Shown: positions 55,904-64,000 of the stretch, piece by piece | How the letters are laid out: each line of letters starts with the position of its first letter | How positions within the stretch are numbered: the first letter of the stretch is position 1 | Source: Octopus vulgaris | Lineage: Eukaryota | Assembly: GCA_951406725.2 (NCBI GenBank) | Contig: OX597816.1 | Coordinates: 12,648,001 to 12,712,000, forward strand | Direction of reading: 5' to 3' | Length of the DNA: 64,000 nucleotides | Program-made: the position numbers and the translations under genes | The notes under the pieces: generated by a model | What the model saw: only the letters and a program-made list of their open reading frames with translations | Databases searched by the model: none | What the model was told of the DNA's origin: nothing

Positions 55904-56306
55904 GGAGTGGCTGTGTGGTAAGTAGCTTGCTCACCAACCACATGGTTCCGGGTTCAGTCCCACTGCGTGGCACCTTGAGCGAGTGTCTTCTACTATAGCC
56001 TCGGGCCGACCAAAGCCTTGTGAGTGGATTTGGTAGACGGAAACTGAAAGAAGCCCGTCGTATATATGTATATATATATATATATGCGTGTGTGTGTTTG
56101 TGTGTCTGTGTTTGTCCCCCTAGCATTGTTTGACAACCGATGCTGGTGTGTCTATGTCCCCGTTACTTAGCTGTTCGGCAAAAGAGACCGATAGAATAAG
56201 TACTGGGCTTACAAAAGAATAAGTCCCGGGGTCGAGTTGCTCGATTAAAGGCGGTGCTCCAGCATGGCCGCAGTCAAATGACTGAAACAAGTAAAAGAGT
56301 AAGAGT
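55904..56306 (+). mobile_element. SINE B, full length
   Basis: Head, CORE-like caccttgagcgagtgtcttctact, internal (TA)(TG), tail ending in aagagt repeats. Confidence 0.92.
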
Positions 56307-56649
56307 ATACTGAGGAAAATGTTTATAGTTTGCCTGAAACGTGTTCATACAATGAGGGATAACATTTAATCGGTTTCATATTTTGGCATAAGTCCAGCAA
56401 TTTGAGGGACGCGTGCAAATCGATTACATCAAATCTCAGGGTCCAATTGATGCTCATTTTAACGAATCCGAAATGACGAAAGACAAAGTGATCCCCGGCA
56501 GCAACTGAACTCAGAACTGGAAGCCGGGAAAAACGTCGCTAAGCATTGTGCCCGGCATGGTATCGATTATGTCTGATTGCCACATTAGGGATGTTACTTA
56601 ATTGATTTGTTAATGGAATCAGCTCGGCAGAAGATTAGACAGGATAAGG

Positions 56650-57480
56650 AATCTCTCTGGTTTATTCCTTGTCTTAAGAATTTTGAACGGGTTTTAATTC
56701 TTTTCTATTTACTTTTCGATGAAATAAATGGTTTGCCTTATTTTGTTTCGATTATTTTATATTATTTCTTTCAGTTATTTGCTATGTTGGACCTTTCCTT
56801 GCTATTATTTTATCAAGAAACCTCAATATTTCCTGTTTTTTTTTTTCATCATTTAAGTTGTCATTTTTCTCTTACCTCTGCAATATCTCAGCCATTGCAT
56901 CCCCTATTATATATGTCTATACCATGACGACAAAAGACCAGCTTTTGCTCGACTTTTGTAACTATTTGAATTATTTTTCTGTTAGCCTTTATTAAATGGT
57001 TCTGTAGATCTAGTGTGAAAAACTTCTAGCTTCATAATTACAGTTACTCCTATTTGTGGCAAAAATATAGCTTCTTTACCTAGCTTCGATATTGTGTTCT
57101 TAATTCAGACTAAATTCTTTTGGTCTTGTACTCAACACTCACTACTTCACATAAGCGTCTAGATTTCAACATAATAACTATAATATATTAATGAGCAAGC
57201 TGGTGTATTACGTCAGTGATTGCTTTTGTCTCTGTCTAAAATATTAATCTAATGCGTCTGTAACAGTCTTTCCTAATATTTTTGGTGCGTTTTTGTATCA
57301 TTGTGTCCTTCGTGTTTATAATCAGAATTTGATGTAATTCTCTTATCATTGTTTATGTTATAATTATATCTAATATGATATCAATGTTCATAAATAATGT
57401 TCCGAGTGCCAAGGTTACTTCGGTGCATTTTTCTAATCTGAATCATACAAACATTTATTCCATTGGGATTCACTTTTAAG
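56650..57480 (-). pseudogene. Very decayed RTE-like ORF2 fragment
   Basis: Traces LIINTKDT and KLEVFHTR in the expected order. Confidence 0.35.
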
Positions 57481-57671
57481 CTCTTTCTCTTATGTAGTTT
57501 ACAAATAAAGGTCATTCAAACCAAAAGCCAACAGCGAGGGATTAGGAAGAGGTAATTACTATTGGGGTTCATAGTTATCCAAGAACTTTGGGATTCTGTC
57601 ACTGACCCTAATTCATGTTTGCTCTACGTTCTTTTGACTTGCCAGTTTCCTTTTATTAAAAATTAAAAAAT

Positions 57672-57925
57672 AAATGCGCCCTTTTAAAGCCTAGCCAGGC
57701 TCATGGGCCCGGTTTCCCGGTTTCTATGACGTGTGTGTTCCCCAGCTGGACGGGACGCCAGTCCATTGCAGCGTTACCCATTTGTTGCCAGTTGAGTGGA
57801 CTGGAGCAACGTGAAATGAAGTGTTTTGCTCAAGAACACAACGCGTCGCCCGGTCGTCCAGGAATCGAAACCACAATCTTATGATCATGATGCTGACACC
57901 CTAACCACTAAGCCACGCGCCTCCA
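57672..57925 (-). mobile_element. SINE C, full length
   Basis: 12-bp target-site duplication tttccttttatt at 57646-57657 and 57927-57938. Confidence 0.9.
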
Positions 57926-58448
57926 CTTTCCTTTTATTCACTAAATGTAAAACCTAGCGGAGTGTGGCCCTTTCTTCGTACTACCACCATTGACTTTAGC
58001 GCGCTTCTGTACGCTAGTAAAAAGAAAACAATTAGACAGCAAGCTGGCAGAGCCGTTTGGACGCCGGTCAAAGTGACAGTATTTCTTCAGTCTTTATGTC
58101 CTACGTTCAAATATCACCGAGGCTCGACTCTGCCTTCCATGATTTCGGACTTGATAAAATAGGCACCAGTTCAGTACTGGGATCGTCGTAATCGAGTTAC
58201 ACCCATTTACCAAACTTGTTGTCTGGGGCCAAAATTATTATCATTATTATTTTATTTCGATTTGGCTCAGGTATTTTTATTATTATTTATATTATTATCA
58301 TATGTCTGACTTTTGCTTTGTATTTGAACAAGTTCACTCAAATTTTCACCCAGAGACCTCAAGGGACAACAAGGTAGAAACTGATGTTGGTGTTATGCCT
58401 ACGGTTTCATACATTTGGTTTTGCACATAGTATTGTTCTAGAGAATAT

Positions 58449-58757
58449 TTAAGAAGAAAGAAAAGTCGATAGATATGACAGGTTAGCTTGGGAGGTAAAG
58501 CAGTTCTGGTCGATGAAAAAAGTGGCAGTAGTACGAATAATTGTCGGAGCCCTGGGAACAGTGAGCAAAAATCTCGAGAAGTACGTGGAACAAATAGGGG
58601 CTGCAATAAGGGTGGAGCACTTGCAGAAAATAGCACTTCTTGGCACCGCTCGAATACTCCGGAAGGTGCTTGAAAAATAAGAGGTGTTACCTTAGCTCAC
58701 TGGTAGTGAACAGCTGACACCGTAGCACATCTACAGTGTTAGAAGATGTGCAAAGGC
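58449..58757 (+). mobile_element. R4/Dong-like LINE 3' end
   Basis: EERKVDRYDRLAWEVKQFWSMKKVAVVRIIVGALGTVSKNLEKYVEQIGAAIRVEHLQKIALLGTARILRKVLEK*, then (TAA)n. Confidence 0.88.
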
Positions 58758-58763
58758 AGTAAT

Positions 58764-58853
<90 letters not shown>

Positions 58854-58875
58854 GTTAATAATAATAATAATAATA

Positions 58876-59188
<313 letters not shown>

Positions 59189-59241
59189 TATAATAATGAT
59201 GATAATAATAATAATAATAATATATAATAATAATAATTATT

Positions 59242-59279
<38 letters not shown>

Positions 59280-59309
59280 AATATATTATTATTATTATTA
59301 TTATTATTT

Positions 59310-60014
59310 TCTTTTTATCACAGGTTTTCTTGGAGCACCTGGAGTCTTGCATGCGTAGTGGGCTTACTACCTGCAGCCTATGGCACCATGCCATCCATTG
59401 TTTTCATACTTTCATCTCATACTTTCCTAATTATACTGGCTGTACCAAAGAGGCAAACCCTTTGTAACAGTTCTCCTGGGCACTCTATTCCAATTTCCTT
59501 TATATTCCTCTTGATGCCTTCTGATAACTGGCAATCATTTGACCCTCCTTCTTGACTATTTGTGGGTCAAAGGGGCATGAAACATCGACTATATAGTATA
59601 TATGGTGCACCTTGTCCCCTGCCACTAGGTCCGGTCTGTTACGCTCTAGCGCCCGATGTGTCTGGAATGGGAAATCCCAGAGTCTCCGACTCTGCCACTC
59701 TCTGCTCTCAGTGTTCATACCACGTCTTGCCTCTCTCTAGCCCCCAGTTTTCGCACAGTTTGCAATGTAGCACTTTCGCTACCTGGTCGTGTCGCCAGAA
59801 CGTGTAATGGTTTTGGGCAAGTCTAGGGCATTCGTTCGTGATACGGGCAATGGTTTCATCCACTGGTTTTCCAACAAATTCTGTTGTGGCTACATAGAAT
59901 TGATTGTGGAGTCCCTTCTTACGTAATTCTTCATGTCATTTTTATACTTCTTCTTTTGCTTTTCTTTTTTTTTTCTCTGCTCTCAATAATCCCTCGTCCC
60001 TAACTGTCACCATC
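59310..60014 (-). mobile_element. R4/Dong-like LINE 3' fragment, third family
   Basis: ETIARITNECPRLAQNHYTFWRHDQVAKVLH...LWDF...NRPDLV...IVDVSCPFD: zinc-knuckle remnant, RHD and PD-D endonuclease motifs. Confidence 0.9.
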
Positions 60015-60250
60015 AGAGATGCACATATCGTTAGCCACTAAGGGACATGCTCAACTGGTTAAGGTCAAACGACTGACAAGCAAATCTGTGGTATTGAGCA
60101 GAATATTTGCTGTAGCCCATCTTTTATACCAAGACAAAACAATGTACATGATAATACTTCCAATCAGTTAAGATCAGAAGACACGAGATCCACTGTCTGG
60201 TTTTGCACCAGGGCATTTATGGTACTGCATCAGGGCATTTATTATTATTA

Positions 60251-60428
<178 letters not shown>

Positions 60429-60442
60429 CAATAGTATCATAA

Positions 60443-60663
60443 AGGCGGTAAGTTGGCAGAATCGTTAGCGCGCTCGACGAAACGCTTTATCGGTATTTCG
60501 CCCGTCGCTTCGTTCTGAGTTCAATTTCTGCCGACGAGGGAGGACTTTGCTTTTCATTGCTTGGAGGTCGATAAAATAAGTACCAGTTGCGTACTGGTGT
60601 CGATGTAATCGACTCATATACCTTCCTCCAAAAATTGCTGCCCCTCTTGCAAAATTTGGAACC
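60443..60663 (+). mobile_element. SINE A
   Basis: Family consensus. Confidence 0.85.
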
Positions 60664-60675
60664 ATCATCATTTTT

Positions 60676-60723
<48 letters not shown>

Positions 60724-60909
60724 TTCACCATCATCATCATCATCATCTAGTAGTTGTCTTCTTTATGCGCCGTCGTCATGACCGCTATTTATAGGCATAT
60801 AAATCGTCACAAGTTTTGTAACTTCAACAGAGTGCAAATTATTTCGTATCAATCATTCTTGACTAAAGTGTGTATACATATACACACACACACTCGCGTA
60901 TATACATAC

Positions 60910-60984
<75 letters not shown>

Positions 60985-61635
60985 TATAGATATACATATA
61001 TAAATATAGATATAGATATATACATACATATATATATTTATTTATTTATATTCGTGTGCACATCTACGTTGTCAAGAAAACAGATATCCTGAAGATTGCT
61101 ATTGCTTCCATTCCGAGAAGTATATTTACTAATTTCCTGCTATCTTATTTGAAATGGAAATTAGAGGTTACCATTGTATTGAATATGTTTTTCTTATAAC
61201 AGAACACATTTTCTAAGGGGGGGAGAAAACGGACACATTTCTACCTATGTCTTAAACAATCAACTATATTTCTATAACGACAACACGAACAACAACACCA
61301 ATAGCAACAAGCATAAAATATAGCTTTTATATCAGCAAGTGGTTCTTGGGACACACACATAACCACACAGATACACATATACACACATAACCACACATAT
61401 ACACTACATGTAAGCAGATGCGTATATACACGTGGCTTGTTGATGATGATGAATTTCTATAGACATCGAAGGTAATGAAATTGTCCAAGGATATTTTATT
61501 ACAAACGTATGTCAATAAATATGGTGATTCAGTTTTGTACGTAAATGTACACACACACACGCACGCACACACACACACACACACACATATAATAAGCCAT
61601 GAGGCTATATCTCTCTCTCTCTCTATCTATCTATC

Positions 61636-61675
<40 letters not shown>

Positions 61676-61692
61676 CATACATACATATATAT

Positions 61693-61915
61693 AAGTGCAT
61701 GGCTTAGGGTTTAGGGTGTTGCACTCACGATTGCGAGGTTGTGGTTTCGATTCTCAGACCGGATACTACTCCTCCTTTCACGTTACTCTGCGATCATTTC
61801 GTCGTCTGACATGTTAGCCCATTGTGCACAGGTACAAGTAATGTTCATTTGATTTCATGGAGGGAGTGGGCTTATGTACACACAAATATTTGATCGCTAT
61901 AAACAAATCATCTGT
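61693..61915 (+). mobile_element. Diverged tRNA-head SINE (family F)
   Basis: Head resembles C/D (gcatggcttagggtttagggtg...ggtttcgattctcagaccgg) but the body differs. Confidence 0.6.
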
Positions 61916-61986
61916 GTCAAAAGAGCAAGCTTACACAGAGTACAACGACACAGAAAATTAAGAGGAGAACGAAGTATGGTACTACA

Positions 61987-62120
61987 GGTACTACAACTGT
62001 TTCTGGAGGCTCGGATTTACTCCATGATGTTGGCAGATGCAGTTCGCAAAACGTCAGGTATAAGCAACCAGTAGATAACACAAATATACACAGGTAGGAC
62101 CGGCCTCCGTCTTCAGGGGG
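61987..62120 (-). ncRNA. Hammerhead remnant with long stem II
   Basis: CTGAAGA c GGAGGC cgg...ccga GCCTCC a GAAA CAGTTG TA; stem I poor. Confidence 0.55.
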
Positions 62121-62381
62121 AAAAGATAGGTATCTACTTAATGTTTACATGCTAACACTACTGGCTGCATGTGCTTGACCCTTTGCGAATTACATAATGT
62201 ATATATATATATATATATACAATATGTTACATTACTCGGTAGTCAAGATAAAACTCTGAGTTTCAGATGCCGAAGTGGAAATCCAAAACACGGCTGAGGT
62301 TACGACCATTCGGTTATCGCGGATAATTTTTTAAATTTAGTGAAAAAAATGGACGAACGAAGATTCTATTTTTTCATAACG

Positions 62382-62462
62382 TTTTCAACATGTTTCAAAG
62401 GCTGCAAATTTCCAAATTCGAGATTGAATAAGGAGACCATTTTGCAGCTTTCTTCAGGAAAA
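62382..62462 (-). ncRNA. Type I hammerhead ribozyme
   Basis: ttttc CTGAAGA aagCTGCAAA...TTTGCAGccttt GAAA CATG TT gaaaa. Confidence 0.75.
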
Positions 62463-62537
62463 TCCAGGAATTTAAAGTAATGTAACATATTGTATAGATA
62501 AATTTCCTCTATTTACATAATATTGAGGCCCATGGTA

Positions 62538-62607
<70 letters not shown>

Positions 62608-62959
62608 TTGTTTTTTGCTATGTTCAATCATCATAAAAATAACAATTTGGTGGGTTACTCTATACTTGTGTAGAGTACAAATTAGTATTCTTAAACATGA
62701 ATATTATTAAAGTGACTTCGAAGTTTTGGCCAGTTACAATGGATTAACTTGGCCGGAACTTCCAGGACACTGTCAATAATATTCTTCCTTATGAATATAT
62801 GTATGCCAGAAGGTCTGCAAATCTAACCTAGGCCTCAAACAATATTCTAAGATCTACAAAGATAAGGACTTAACTGCAGCTTACATAGACAATGAGCGCG
62901 TGGCAATAAAAGACACGACACCAGAACAATGGGAAGAAAGACCAAAACATAACACAGCT

Positions 62960-63460
62960 TATGTTACACCTACTGAACACAAGAAACGAAACACTGAAAT
63001 AAACACTTAAACATTAATAACGAAAATGTACCCTAAAATTCCCAAATAAATCGTTTAAAAGTAACGTTAGTAAAAGTCAAATGAATCACAATAAGAGTAA
63101 TACTAGTACCAAATACGAGTCCACGATACTAAATACTGCCGTCTGTTGATAGAGTGTGATGGCAAACCTTACCTCAATACAAAATAGATAGAATTTTTGA
63201 AACTTATACCTTTACAAGAAACCTGTACGCAGGACAGTTATGTAAAGTCGAATAATATTTCTGTCAAACAGGAGTTAAACCAAGAAACGGCAAAGAGAAA
63301 AAAATTATATACGTCCACTTACGAAAAGATGAAAACCGATTAAATTATGCCAATTGTCAAGTTGTTCCCTCCAGGACATATCAACAAAAATGATCTCATT
63401 TGATGAAGACAAAAGCTATGAAACTATCTGATTTATCTTTATAATTGAAGGAAGAGGATA
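62960..63460 (+). pseudogene. Possible decayed Penelope-like ORF C-terminus
   Basis: Only faint motif traces (LNI.NENVP, NHNK); lies next to HHR motifs. Confidence 0.25.
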
Positions 63461-63819
63461 AAATTGTCTGATATACTTCTAGCTATGCATTTGTACCAAA
63501 GTCCTCAAAGAAACACTAAAGTCAGAATAAGATTTATAGGTTGTGACTTAGACACAGAGCCAGAGGGGAATTTTGCGTCGCGATATGAGAGAATGATCAA
63601 AGTAGGCTTAACTGAATGTGACCTGTATTTAGAAGACGTCAAAATTAAGTAGCAAGTGCTAATCACTGCTTAATTCCACAGATTCATACTGACATTGTTT
63701 CTAGAATCGCTGATGCAGCAAAGAAAACATACCTGTTACATTTATCATAGTAACACTCGTCTTAAAGCTGAATTCCCGTACTAGTATAGTATGCAGTCTA
63801 CCACGTTCTCAAACAGTAT

Positions 63820-64000
63820 ATATTTCTTTACTACCCACAAGAGGCTAAACATCGAGGGGACAAACAAGGACATACACACGGATTAAGTCGATTACATCTA
63901 CCCCAGTGCGTAACTGGTACTTAATTTATCGACCCCGAAAGGATGAAAAGCAAAGACGACCTCGGCGCAATTTGAGCTCAGAACGTAACGGCAGACGAAA
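63820..64000 (-). mobile_element. SINE A, tail type 1, running off the window edge
   Basis: Family consensus in reverse. Confidence 0.9.

Noticed and set aside
56304-56350. CTGAGGA...GAAACGTGTT
   Set aside because: Stem II does not pair, and the 5' side is contributed by a SINE tail

Overview
This is AT-rich eukaryotic DNA dominated by repeats. The SINE families and the microsatellite density look like an octopus (coleoid cephalopod) genome; this is recognition from memory, not a database result. No intact protein-coding gene is supportable, and nearly all ORF-track entries are microsatellite or SINE read-throughs. The window holds several dozen tRNA-derived SINE copies in about six families (labelled A-F here), 3'-end fragments of R4/Dong-like restriction-endonuclease LINEs lodged in (TAA)n arrays, CR1- and RTE-like fragments, mariner/pogo remnants and Penelope-like (GIY-YIG) remnants. 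The most striking signal is about a dozen type I hammerhead ribozyme (HHR) motifs, found by eye. Most have a short palindromic stem III, and several lie in fold-back inverted repeats next to (TA)n tracts. Core positions 3 and 8 covary across them as C-G, G-C and U-A, and one family has a U4C core. They are probably Penelope-associated, non-autonomous, ribozyme-bearing elements. Self-cleavage and novelty are untested.
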